Both the position numbers and the translations under genes were made by a program. DNA of 63,896 bases, counting the filler, from Rhabdomonas costata (lineage: Eukaryota), in NCBI GenBank assembly GCA_019059605.1. It is 53 parts of 53 records of this genome, joined end to end, with 100 filler letters (N's around TTAATTAATTAA, not from the genome) between each part and the next. Parts side by side here need not be neighbours in the genome. Positions count along the whole stretch, not along the records: positions 10,872 to 11,979 come from JAHMHO010028226.1; positions 12,080 to 13,187 come from JAHMHO010028227.1; positions 13,288 to 14,395 come from JAHMHO010028228.1; positions 14,496 to 15,603 come from JAHMHO010028229.1; positions 15,704 to 16,811 come from JAHMHO010028230.1; positions 16,912 to 18,018 come from JAHMHO010028231.1; positions 18,119 to 19,226 come from JAHMHO010028232.1; positions 19,327 to 20,434 come from JAHMHO010028233.1; 45 more parts are not named here. The stretch is one strand, 5' to 3'. The notes under the pieces are model-generated. The model had not been told where the DNA came from, did not search any database, and saw only the letters and a list, made by a program, of their open reading frames with translations. Positions 11,327 to 22,850 of the stretch are shown in pieces (the first letter of the stretch is position 1; the number at the start of each line of letters is the position of its first letter).

Positions 11327-13004
11327 CTGAAGGGCAGAGCATCAAAAACACGGAATGAAAACGACATTTTGGTGGCCCCATAAGAGTGAGGTTAAAGGAC
11401 CCCTAGCAGTCAGTCTTTGCGAAAATGACTTTGAAACACCTTCAAACGCTATGAACCGAAAAGGACACGGACTTGAAAAAACCCCAAAGACAGTGCACCT
11501 GCACCGAGCTTGCCCGAGATTGTTGATGTTGTTGATGCCCGTGTTTCCCGTCCGCCAAGACACCATCCACAGCGCAACGGCCGGGCCAGAGTCTGACACC
11601 CTCGCTGTGGCCCTTCTCAAGGTCTTCTGTCGAGGTGCCCGTACTGTAGCTCCGCCGAGGGGACCTGGGGGACTTTGCGGATCGAACAGCCTCATGAGTA
11701 TCGTCAAACACGGTGGACATTGCAAGGCGTCAAAAAGGCTAAGAGAATCAATCAAAAATGCTTGAAAAACAATATCAAAGATCCAGGGCAAAGCCCAAGC
11801 AGGCTCCCGGCAGGTCTTTTGTACTACAGTGGGCCTCCCTGCACTCTGCTTTTTTTTTTGCAATTACCACAACCCTCGGGTGGTACTCGCATGCGTGTCT
11901 AATACACTGTTTCGCTTTTCTTTCAACCGGACACAGTGAAGAAAATACCTATCTTTCATTTCGGTTCCACCCAACCACCNNNNNNNNNNNNNNNNNNNNN
12001 NNNNNNNNNNNNNNNNNNNNNNNTTAATTAATTAANNNNNNNNNNNNNNNNNNNNNNNNNNNNNNNNNNNNNNNNNNNNTTGTTTTTTTAAAGTAAATGA
12101 ATCTCCGTTGTGCTTCAGATTTCAGAGACATTTCTTCTCTATGCGAATTATACCCGCAAGAAACCAAGTTAAGCGGTCTTGTTGGTGTTCATTGCAGCAG
12201 ACTGTGTCCATATTCTGATTTAAACCTCTTTTACAAGTGGCATTTCAATTTTTTTTGTGCCAAGTTTTGGGTTGCAGTGGTTTCTGATGGGAGGGGAACT
12301 TGTTTTAGGTGTGCAATAAACCAGTCCCGGATTAGATTCGCGAGTTCACCAAATAAAGTCCCTCGCGTTGTATGCTCCGACAGCATCGTCACCACAAACG
12401 GAGAACCTTTCAAGAGATGACATTGCATAGAGAAGTCTTCTTGCGCATTTATCAAAGCATCCCAGCGGGACCATGACAAGCTGTGGAGCCAGAACAAGCT
12501 TATGGTGACAAAGATCCTGGACTCTCTTGTGATCCGAAACCAGCAGATGGAATGCGCAACACCCACTCGCGCTCCACGGTGATTCGAGGTGAAGCCGCTT
12601 TTTTCTTATCTTTTTATGCAATCTGCTGTAAATTGGCCAGCCAAGAAAGGCCTTTTGGGGAGTTCGCTCTGATCGAAAATTCGTATACCTGAATATACCT
12701 ATAAAATTAACATATACCTGAATCGCGGCCACTTTCCCTTCTTTCTTCTTCATATTCGTGAAATCCTCACACGAGCCACTTAAGCTACAGATCCTTTTCG
12801 AGAAATGAATAAGAACAACTGCTCTTGGATTGTGAATTTGTGTTGCAGGGGACGTGATGGTGATATTCGCTATGAAAAGAGCCGCCTTGCCATTTCCGTG
12901 AACTTCTTTGCAGGGGCAGAACAATGTCTGTATTCTAGTTCTAGTTTGTAGCATGCACGGCCATCTTAAGAGACGCCATCTGTCTGCCCGGTGTAGGTTT
13001 TGCT

Positions 13005-13182
13005 TTGTTAATCACAGTGTCCAGCACGTTTCACAGTGTGTTATCCTGGTGACGTGTTTTGATTTGTCTTGCGGTGAAGTGGACGCTGATGATCAGGAGT
13101 TCGTCGAGTGTGCGGATGACAAATCAAAACACGTCACCAGGATAACACACTGTGAAACGTGCTGAACACTGCGATTAACAAA
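13005..13182. repeat. Terminal fold-back inverted repeat
   Basis: cagcacgtttcacagtgtgttatcctggtgacgtgttttgatttgtc is inverted near the contig end. Confidence 0.75.
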
Positions 13183-13287
13183 CCACANNNNNNNNNNNNN
13201 NNNNNNNNNNNNNNNNNNNNNNNNNNNNNNNTTAATTAATTAANNNNNNNNNNNNNNNNNNNNNNNNNNNNNNNNNNNNNNNNNNNN

Positions 13288-13974
13288 CTGGTATTATTTC
13301 CCAGGCTTCCGTGCCCTCAGTCCCTTTCTCCTCCGCTTCTTCCTCATTGGTTTCACTTCCCTGCTTTCTTTCCGTTCATTCCACTCCACCGGCTCTCCTT
13401 GAAGCGTGGAAATCGATTCTGAGCTACTTTATCAATCTGACTCCAGTGCCTGACAACTCCTAACCTTATTAATAGGTTGGGTGGGGTGTTTCTACTAAGC
13501 CATTTTTCGCCTGAGGTGTTTTCATTAGCTTTGTATCCATTGCTATGTTCCTTGTGTGTGCAGGGAAAGGGCCACCAAGGAAGATCATGAAGGACATGAA
13601 GGAAAGGTAAAAGGATATAAGGGATATACGGAAAAGTAACATTAAGTGCAGACACCGGCCTTTTGGACTCCTTAAACTTCGGAACAGATGGCTTGAGCTC
13701 CAAACAAAACGTGGCGCTGTTGCGCAGCTGAAAGCAAAGGTAACGTCAGTGAAGCAGTCGGAGGTTGGGTTGGCTGATAATTGGAAGGAATGGGGTTTGG
13801 GTTTGCATCTAAACGTTTCCCGTTTCTGGTCCTGTTGAACAGGACCAGAAACATAGCGTATCGAGTCTTTTCCTGGCTGGTATTATTTCCCAGGCTTCCG
13901 TGCCCTCAGTCCCTTTCTCCTCCGCTTCTTCCTCATTGGTTTCACTTCCCTGCTTTCTTTCCGTTCATTCCACT
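13288..13974. repeat. 98-bp direct repeat, copies at 13288-13385 and 13877-13974
   Basis: Identical pyrimidine-rich ctggtattatttcccagg...ttcattccact, starts 589 nt apart. Confidence 0.9.
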
Positions 13975-14018
13975 GCACTTTCACATGCCCCTGGTGGTTG
14001 ATCTTTTGGGGCTCACAG

Positions 14019-14124
14019 GTGACCCCAACGCGGCCGGCTTGGTCAACGCCGCCGTCCGCCTCGTCAAGGAGGAGCTCTGTGTCGACCTCTCCGGATGCAA
14101 TTTCACGAAGTTCATGGACCTCAC
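14019..14124 (+). CDS. Exon resembling the DBC1 domain of CCAR1/CCAR2-family proteins
   Basis: GDPNAAGLVNAAVRLVKEELCVDLSGCNFTKFMDLT resembles the DP..LI.TA.R..K....DLS.C..W..F.EI.Y pattern; cacag acceptor, GT donor. Confidence 0.6.
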
Positions 14125-15791
14125 GTACGCAGCCATCCCCGCATACCCCACCCCATTATTACTCTTTGTGAGTAGTCCTCACACACACACACGCGCGCAC
14201 GCACGCACGTACGCACGCATGCACACACACACGGAGCATTTGCATTCGTTTCAACTTCCCCTCACATCTCCGATACCACACAAATTCCCGACGTCATGGG
14301 TATATGCGCGCTATAGAGTGTCATCGACAAACCTAAAGTGTTTAAAAAATGCCTGGAGGTTCGCGATGGGTGCATCACCAAGCATGACCACACCANNNNN
14401 NNNNNNNNNNNNNNNNNNNNNNNNNNNNNNNNNNNNNNNTTAATTAATTAANNNNNNNNNNNNNNNNNNNNNNNNNNNNNNNNNNNNNNNNNNNNGCTAC
14501 AGTGCACTTTTCTTTTTACGTTTTTTGGGAAACAAATTTTTTTTTGCGGTTTTTTAAAACAATAAATAACGATTTCTTATGTCGAATTTTACGTTTGTAT
14601 ACGTTTGCGTTGCCGACGTTGGAAAATCTTGTTAGTCAAAAACAAGGCCAATAAAACCAAGAGGAATAAAAAACAAATTTGATACAGCAAAAACCGTCCG
14701 TCACATAAACGTAAAAAATGACCAACCCTTTCGCAAAGGTTCCACGTCAGTCATTTTTATTGTCAGGCCTTCAGGTGCATTCCCAGACCATCGTTTCTCT
14801 TCCTCGTCCAACTCATTCTACTCTCCTTCTCATCCAACCGAATGTCTGCGCGGGGGAGATGCATGAAAACTGGGGCAATTGGTATTCTTGGCTGTGTGCA
14901 TACGTTGTGGATGCATCCCTCAAGCTTTCCGCTGCACTGGGACCAAGAAGCGGTGCATAATCAAATCTAAAGTGTCGGCAAAGGGTGCCGCTGCCCAAAA
15001 GCGGGTCGAGTGTCGCGTTTCAGGACGTTTATGCATGATCTTGTCACGATTTTTGCGTGACGTGTTCGTCTCTAGCCTGTGTGTGCCACGTGTGTGCACG
15101 TTCACTACTTTCTCAGTGCTGTGCCACTGGAGGGATGGAGGGGCTGGAGGGGCGACCCACCGTTCGCTATGAGGTTAGCTGGGTTTCTCAGTGGCTCTGC
15201 GGAAAGAGATGGTGGCTGTGCGGGACAACCTATGAGTATCACCACCCAATGGGAATGTTTGTTCTTTCCCATAATGGTCTGGCGATTGGCTAAGAAACAT
15301 CGAATACTCAAATGGCCATATTCACCTTGGCAACGGCTTTGCGGATCGGTTCTCAATGGACGGCGTTTTTTTCATATGGAAACGCAGGAAACATGCACGA
15401 TGCTTTCTGGATGGCAGTAAGTGGCAGTAAATTTACAAACCCCAACCGAAAGGCGCGGTTCGATTTCAACATGAACCGGCCGCTTCGCTGCTTTTTGATT
15501 GCGTGGTTACTTCTTTTCAGGGCTTCCTTCAACGTTTTGAACTCCAAGAAGCTGGCGGCATCACTTAGCTTGAGTATAAAACGTTGAAGGAAGCCCAAAA
15601 AACNNNNNNNNNNNNNNNNNNNNNNNNNNNNNNNNNNNNNNNNNNNNTTAATTAATTAANNNNNNNNNNNNNNNNNNNNNNNNNNNNNNNNNNNNNNNNN
15701 NNNGGTTTTTGGGCAAAGTAGCCATAGTGAGCCTCCATCCAAAAGCACTTATAACGTGCACACGACCCCATCTCTCGCATTCCTTCTCCAG

Positions 15792-16149
15792 GCACGGTGA
15801 CTTTGAGCAGCGGCAGCACATCGCCAACAGGGCCACTCCCTTCCTGATGCAGCACGGCGCGATGGACGACGTGGTGCCGCTGGCATGGGGTCGCGCCAGC
15901 TTCGAAGCCCTGACGGACCGCTTCCAGCGCAAGGGAGAGTTTCAGGCCTATGAGGGCCTGGGGCATGGCCTGGACACAACTCACCAGTGGCCCGACTTTG
16001 CGGAGTGGCTGGGGAGGGTCCTTCAGCTCCCCGTCGAGGGTTGCATGCCCGTGGCCGTCACTCCAGCCCCGCCGCCGGTCGTCTCGCCGGCGCCGGCGGC
16101 GGGGCCATCGTCCTCACCACCATCTTCCTCTCAGCCCCCATCCAAGTGA
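15792..16149 (+). CDS. Last exon of acyl-protein thioesterase / phospholipase-carboxylesterase (LYPLA/APT1-like)
   Basis: TPFLMQHGAMDDVVP (catalytic Asp) and YEGLGHG (catalytic His), Pro/Ser tail, stop at 16149; ttctccag acceptor. Confidence 0.88.
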
Positions 16150-19100
16150 GGGGGACTTTTTCGGAGCGTCCCGTCTCAAGCGGAACTGTAGTCGCACGCC
16201 TGTTAGCTGTGCCCCTTTCCGTGTGGATTTTTCCACTCTTTTGAAGAGCGACAAGCAGTACGTCATTTCACTGTTACCAATAACGGGTGTTTTTCTATTA
16301 CTGTTCGGTGGTGGTTCGAGCATTTCGGAACCCCAAAAGGCCTCGACATTGCCCCACGGCGGTTTCACGAGCGTCTTTCGAGCCGCCAGATTGCTCCATG
16401 GTGGTCTTATAGACCCAGAATGGTGGTTGCGCGTTTAGTCGTTTATCATGTATCGTGGTATATGGTGTGGTGGTTCGGGCGCATTTATTGATTGTAGTTG
16501 CGGTCGAGAAACCCTCCGCTGCGTAGGGCAAGAAGAGATTCAAAATTCAAAATAAAAGGGAGCGGCGCACTTGTCCAATCAGAGTGAATGAGCTAGTCCA
16601 GCTTCACGGGAGGCATTTTGCGCAGTAGAATAATGCGCAGGGCTGCTCTGCCGTTGCCGCTAAGAACTTGGCCCCACGGCACAGCACACACATATCCCAA
16701 GCGTTCTTCGGCTTCAATCTCAAAAGGTTGTCACTGTCACTTCCTTTATTTAACAGTTCTCTTCTTTCGCAATTCTGCTCCCTTTGTGTTTGTCCATATA
16801 TCCCCAACACANNNNNNNNNNNNNNNNNNNNNNNNNNNNNNNNNNNNNNNNNNNNTTAATTAATTAANNNNNNNNNNNNNNNNNNNNNNNNNNNNNNNNN
16901 NNNNNNNNNNNGTGGGGGTGGCATGTGCGTTCTGATGCAAGTTGCCGTCTTGCGTGCGGTCTTTGGAGGGTCCGCTGCGCCGGACGAACCGTTGCTGACC
17001 GTTGCGAAGCGTTGCTGACCTGCCCCGGAACCGTTTAGGCCCGCCCTCGTATTATAATTTGGCACCCCCACAACAAAATGCAGAAGAAACCTTGCGTCGG
17101 CGCTGCGGCTATAAAAGCGTGAAGGCTGCTGTCCAGTCCGTGGCTTTACTGCCAACAAGCGCCTGAACCACACCATCGTTCATCACAGCGGGTTTGCAAA
17201 CGTAATCCATCCATCTCTGCATTCAATTATTTCATCTCTAATCCGCGTTGGACCTGGAATTCTGCAGTCAGATAACTTCAGACAACGTCAGGTTACTCCT
17301 GCAGATTGGAATGGCGGTAGAATCGCGGTGAATAAAACTTGAAACATGGCACCAAAGTCGTGCGACAGGTCGCGGCTCATAGAGAAGGCAGCACCCGTCT
17401 ACGGTGTGTCCACATCAAGACAGACGCAGCCATGGAGGGACTTACGCCGAAGCAACAAAAGAAACAGCACGGCTGACAAACATCTGGCCAATGAGGGCGT
17501 CGCAACATACAGTGCTCTGAAGGATAAATAACAGCTGCCGTGTCCTACCCACCTTCCTCCCTACCAGAGCCTTTTTCTTTTTCGTGCGAATGAAAAAAGA
17601 CAAACTCATTACATTGGACACTGGGTTCTGTGTGTGTGAGCCCTCCAGCCGATCTGAGAAAGACTTTTTGGGATGTTCCACGTGTCGAATGTAGAGCAGC
17701 CGCAACAGCAACTGTTGCTTCCAGTTCTTGCCAAAGGCTGCAGTCCCAGCTCGCTGGAAAAGCACATCCTCAGGTTGTTCGGGTGAATCTGCTTTTCGGA
17801 CACACACACCCCTTTCTTTGGGCCAATTCTCAGGCGTGGCTTGTCCATATCGTCGTAGCTTGCCTTTTTCAGATATTTGACTGTATTTTTTGTAATTACA
17901 CGACTGCTACAAACCACACAAATTAGCGCACAAAGGGGTGCCCGGACTTCCCACCAAAAAAGACACTCTACCCGGGCAGCAAAACGTCCGGGCAAGAAGG
18001 GGGGCTTCTCTGCACCCANNNNNNNNNNNNNNNNNNNNNNNNNNNNNNNNNNNNNNNNNNNNTTAATTAATTAANNNNNNNNNNNNNNNNNNNNNNNNNN
18101 NNNNNNNNNNNNNNNNNNGCCCAACCACCCAGAGTGCTACTTCGTGAGACTCGCTCCCGAGAGCTGAAACTGATGCAAACTGCTGAGAATTTCCGGCTCC
18201 TGATGGAGGAGGAAGAACTCACCAGGAAACAAGTATTCATTGGGTGGGCTGATTAGGGAAATCGGATCCTCTCACAAAGCATAACCGATATTCATCTCGT
18301 AATACGTGCAGCGCTGTTGTGTGACGATGAGTACCACGCGCGAAACGAAATTTTCGCTAACTTCGAGAGGGAGAACATAGCCGTTGTTGGACAAGCCATG
18401 ACCAACTCGAACTTTACCAATTTTATCCACCTCCTTGACCACCGAAAGTGTGACGTTCGGCCCAGTTGAACGGGTGTACCGCCCGCCCGCTGAGTTTCTT
18501 ACAGCAGCCACCCGAGACTATGCTTGTCCCAATGAAGATGCAACAGTGGTACAACTTGGTCAACCGTGGGATTGTATTCCTAGTGATCCCCGTTACCGTT
18601 CAGTCCACTTGAGGGCACGTTGCACTGAAGGGACTTACAAGTGGGATTGTGCTAGTATGACTTACAATTTTAATGAGTGGTATGCGGCAACGGCTGCTCA
18701 CTGTTGCACCCAACTAAATGAAATCTACGGACAAGTCGCGGTACGTGAGGAATGTCTCCGTAGGGGTGTACAGGTACCTTCCATGGACGTACCCCAGCGA
18801 CATGAAGTTGGTCATACAGTACTTGCCAGACAACTGGCTAACTCAACCTTACAGGGCAATCGTTTCGCAGCGGCGTGGCTGGCCGATATTGGTTCCCAAT
18901 TACTTCCTTCAGGTGGTTACAGTTCCACCCTCTGGAGAGCGGCCACTTCACTTCACTCATTATGCTACCATCTTTCGTGAAGCGTGCGCCTCATGGGGTG
19001 ATCCGCTACATCAAGATCCACATCTTGAACTTGGGTTCCCCTACAGGTGTGCTGACCCGCGTTGCTTATGTAACAATCCGGGTGTCGAACCCGTTGAATC

Positions 19101-19330
19101 AAGGGAGATCTAGGAGATAGCCTGCGAGCCGCGACCTAAAGACACTGTGCCACCAACGCAGGAGAAGAAGCACCTTTTTTGCAAGGCAACCCCAGCAGGT
19201 GCAGCTTCAAAACCACCCCCACCCACNNNNNNNNNNNNNNNNNNNNNNNNNNNNNNNNNNNNNNNNNNNNTTAATTAATTAANNNNNNNNNNNNNNNNNN
19301 NNNNNNNNNNNNNNNNNNNNNNNNNNGGGT

Positions 19331-19546
19331 TTTTGTTCATATCCTTGAGCAATGAAATTATTTCCATATTTCATTTGTAATTTACTACACAATGATGTTG
19401 AACTTATGTAAAATGGTACACAAAATAAATTAGATGAACAGACTACATTATTTTGTGTACCATTTTACATAAGTTCAACATCATTGTGTAGTAAATTACA
19501 AATGAAATATGGAAATAATTTCATTGCTCAAGGATATGAACAAAAA
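19331..19546. repeat. Terminal fold-back inverted repeat (~95-bp arms) truncating the viral-like ORF
   Basis: ~19331-19427 is the reverse complement of ~19449-19546. Confidence 0.85.
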
Positions 19547-20311
19547 TTACCAATTCGATTTCGTGCAGAATTTCCTGCAGAATTTTTTAAAAATGATGCA
19601 GCAATATTAGATTTAACATCTAAAATAAAGATATGTGGATATGTATATCATCATTTATGGCATAACAATAAAACATCATTTACAAATGGAGATTTAACAA
19701 GTTTATTTAATAATATTATTAAATTAGTATTACCAATGAATAAAATAACGTCATTAGTATTTACATTATTTGGAGAAAACAGTGGTCATCATTGTAATGA
19801 AATATCAGTTATTTTAATGACTAATTTTACATATTTATTAAATGAATTACAAAATACACATATAAAGAAAATATCAATCATATCACCAAAAACGAAATAC
19901 ATATCAAATACAATAGAGATGTTACAACATTTAATATATTTACAAAATAATAAACATACAACATGTAGTATTTGTTTATCAAATGTAGGAACATGTTTTT
20001 TTACAAAATGCGGTCATGCATCATTTTGTGAAAAATGTATAACATACAATACATTTAAAATTGATAGTGAATTTGTTTGTTATTATTGTAAGACAATGAG
20101 TTATGTAGAGAAATTACCATATACAACAATACATTTATGTGAACATAAAGAAAGAAAAATGTATGTTAATGTACCGTGCATGTGTAATGTAATATTAGCA
20201 TGTGAGACATGTATAGATAAAAAAGAATATGGAACTGATTTTTATTGTGTTAATTGTCAAATATGTAAAGAAGAAGTAGTGACAGTAAAACAACTTTTTT
20301 ATGTAAATTAA
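19430..20311 (+). CDS. 5'-truncated intronless AT-rich ORF: macro-domain-like region plus C3HC4 RING and second degenerate RING; giant-virus-like
   Basis: CSICLSNVGTCFFTKCGHASFCEKC...CYYC RING; VPCMC...ACETC...CQICKEEV second RING-like unit; ITSLVFTLFGENSG and HIKKISII resemble macro-domain C-terminal strands; third codon positions almost all A/T. Confidence 0.8.
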   Translation, partial: LDEQTTLFCVPFYISSTSLCSKLQMKYGNNFIAQGYEQKLPIRFRAEFPAEFFKNDAAILDLTSKIKICGYVYHHLWHNNKTSFTNGDLTSLFNNIIKLVLPMNKITSLVFTLFGENSGHHCNEISVILMTNFTYLLNELQNTHIKKISIISPKTKYISNTIEMLQHLIYLQNNKHTTCSICLSNVGTCFFTKCGHASFCEKCITYNTFKIDSEFVCYYCKTMSYVEKLPYTTIHLCEHKERKMYVNVPCMCNVILACETCIDKKEYGTDFYCVNCQICKEEVVTVKQLFYVN

Positions 20312-20348
20312 ATTTTTTTATCATTATGATTTAATAATAAAAAAAATT
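20311..20348 (+). terminator. Imperfect AT-rich hairpin right after the stop codon (Mimiviridae hairpin-rule-like 3' end signal)
   Basis: aatttttttatcatta / tgatt / taataataaaaaaaatt can pair with one mismatch and one bulge. Confidence 0.5.
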
Positions 20349-20350
20349 GA
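20343..20350 (+). promoter_or_regulatory. AAAATTGA, Mimiviridae-type early promoter motif for the next gene
   Basis: Exact AAAATTGA in the intergenic region 32 nt after the stop. Confidence 0.6.
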
Positions 20351-20768
20351 AAAATAAAAATACTGCACAATATACATACAACAACATAAGTAGATTCCTT
20401 TGGAACCAAAAAGCTCTTTTTGTCCAACCACCCCNNNNNNNNNNNNNNNNNNNNNNNNNNNNNNNNNNNNNNNNNNNNTTAATTAATTAANNNNNNNNNN
20501 NNNNNNNNNNNNNNNNNNNNNNNNNNNNNNNNNNGGAGGGGAGAAGAAGCCGAAGCTAACTAACGGCTGGTGACAGCTATACCGACGCTGCTCCAGCACC
20601 TACCCATGGTGTCCGTGATGGCGCAGCCAACCTGCCCACACCGCTGCAGCTGGTAGCCCACAGCCCACCGCACGGAGCCTCGATCCTTCACTTGACCCGC
20701 ATCGGCATCGATGCCTTTGTGTGGCAACGCGAACCTGCCAAAATGCCCTCCTCTCTTCCTCCGCTCAG

Positions 20769-21091
20769 TTCAACTTGCGACTCCAAATGTATCTGTTGAT
20801 GAACCAGCAGTCCCGGCTGGGCGCAGTGCGGCAGGAGAAGCTCGAGGTGGACTCCCGCCTGAAGGCCACCAACCGCATCCTTGTGATTGCGCTGTGTGTG
20901 GGGGTGGCTGGGGTGGCTGCGATTGCGGTGGGGTGCGCGCTGCTTCTCTCGCGACCACTGGCGGAGCTGGCGAAGGGCATGGACAGGCTGGCGGTGCTCG
21001 ACCTGCACCGGCGTCCATCGCAGCGGAGCAGCATGCTTTCGCGAGTGGCGGAGGTCTCGCGGTGCCAGCGGTCGTTCGAAGCCCTTGGACG
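20769..21091 (+). CDS. Exon with transmembrane helix plus HAMP domain, typical of euglenozoan receptor adenylate cyclases
   Basis: ILVIALCVGVAGVAAIAVGCALLL TM followed by SRPLAELAKGMDRLAVLDL...SRVAEVSRCQRSFEAL; ctcag acceptor, GTACG donor. Confidence 0.75.
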
Positions 21092-21742
21092 GTACGATCC
21101 GATTGGATGGGATGAGGTGAGGTGAGGTGAGATAAGATAAACACGTGACATGGCTTGACATACGAAGTCAGTTAATTGGAAAGCGGGGGGCGCTGGAGGT
21201 CTGAGTTGATTCTGCGGAGGATGTTTGGGTTCATAAGTGGTGCTGGATGCTGGTGGGCTATTTAGGTCCGACGTGTTGGTGTGAGGGGTGTCAATCGGTT
21301 TCACATCATTTGGATGGTGACTCCGCTGTCATCGAATCAAGTGCACCAGCACCATTGGCACACTCCACACCAACTACCATGAGACAACACGAAACCTCGG
21401 CAACGACCACAGCCAACACAGATATCATATCAAACCAACCGCTAGTCCTACAGAAGTCGCAACACCGCACGCCAAGTCCAACTTGAATCACACCGATAGC
21501 GGCACTTCACCAACAAGCGAAAAATCACGCACAGCCACTGTAGTTTCCACACGCATACACACAGACACTTCGAGCGAAGTCAAACCAAGCACCACCAGCA
21601 CCATCGAAGCGTAGCACGCGGACACCATTTGTACAAACCCACNNNNNNNNNNNNNNNNNNNNNNNNNNNNNNNNNNNNNNNNNNNNTTAATTAATTAANN
21701 NNNNNNNNNNNNNNNNNNNNNNNNNNNNNNNNNNNNNNNNNN

Positions 21743-22850
21743 TGCCTTTTGGGTTGTTTAATGCCACAGAAACGTTCCAGAGAACCATGGACTTCGTTCT
21801 TGATGATCTGCGAGAGACTACATGTGCGTACGTGGACGACATTCTCGTCCATACGGAGACCTTTGAATCACATGTGGAAGCGTTGCTGGTGTTGTACCAG
21901 AGGTTGGATAAAGTGAAGCTTTTTGAAAATCCAGAGAAGTTTATGTTTGCACAGCCAGAAGTCGAGTATTGTGGATTTATTGTGGGGAGAAATGGGATTA
22001 GACCCCAGCCGAGGAAGTTAATGGCCGTGTATATATATGAAGTGAAGAGGTTTCTTGCTTTGTGTGGGTTTTACCAGAGATTTGTGGAAGATTACGCCAC
22101 ATTGGCAGCCCCACTGACGGACATAATGAAGAAGAAGAAGGAGTGGGTTTGAAGTGAAGCGAAGGAGACGGCGTTTCAGAGGTTGAAAGCCAGACTGTTG
22201 AAATCTCCAGTTTTTGTCGTGCCAGATTTTAAGAAGCCAATGGTGCTTCACACGGAAGCTTAAGAGGTGTGGATTGGAGCCGCGCTTTCACAACAACGGG
22301 AAGTTTGAAAAATGCATTTGATGGAGTGTCGTTCGAGAAAAACCACCCCGTTCATGAGAAGGATATGCTAGAGTTGGTAGACACGTTGGAAGAAGGCATT
22401 AATTGCTGGGTTCAGATGTCATAGTTCACGCGGACAACTCGGCGTTAAGCTATTTACAGAAGAACCATAGCCTTTGCCAAGGCAAGTGCGGTGGTTGGAG
22501 AGATTACAGAGGTATACTTTGCAGATCGCCCACATTACTGGAAGGCAAAATGTCGCTGCGGATACCATATCTAGGCACCCAGTGGACGAGGAAAATCTGT
22601 GGTTTGCAGAGAAGAAGTGTTTGTTGAGTTTGGCAACGTTGAGGTTCTATAGACCGCTCTGTGCACCTTTAGTGGTGGCAGCAGCAGGTGATCCAGAGGA
22701 TTGGTGGGCCGACTACTGGCTTGACCCAGTAGTGTGGAAGAGGTATTTCAACTTGACCACTGCATAGTTGTTGGACCCTACAAAATGGCACCATGGTAGA
22801 CTTTGGGAGCTGGGGAAGATTGTTGTACCTTTTCAGAGGGAGTTAGAGGT
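21743..22850 (+). mobile_element. Decayed Ty3/Gypsy pol (RT-RNase H), same family as 130-970
   Basis: PFGLFNATETFQR, YVDDILV, GRNGIRPQPRKLM (shared with contig 1), GAALSQ, VHADNSALSYL, RQVRWLE, GRQNVAADTISR; internal stops. Confidence 0.93.

Noticed and set aside
19327-21642. Viral-like contig integrated next to the HAMP/cyclase exon
   Set aside because: Separated by an artificial spacer; contig order appears to follow length, so linkage cannot be inferred.
22150-22263. In-frame TGA/TAA in retroelement ORFs as stop-codon reassignment
   Set aside because: They co-occur with frameshifts and mutated catalytic motifs; conserved host exons show no in-frame stops, so this is ordinary decay.
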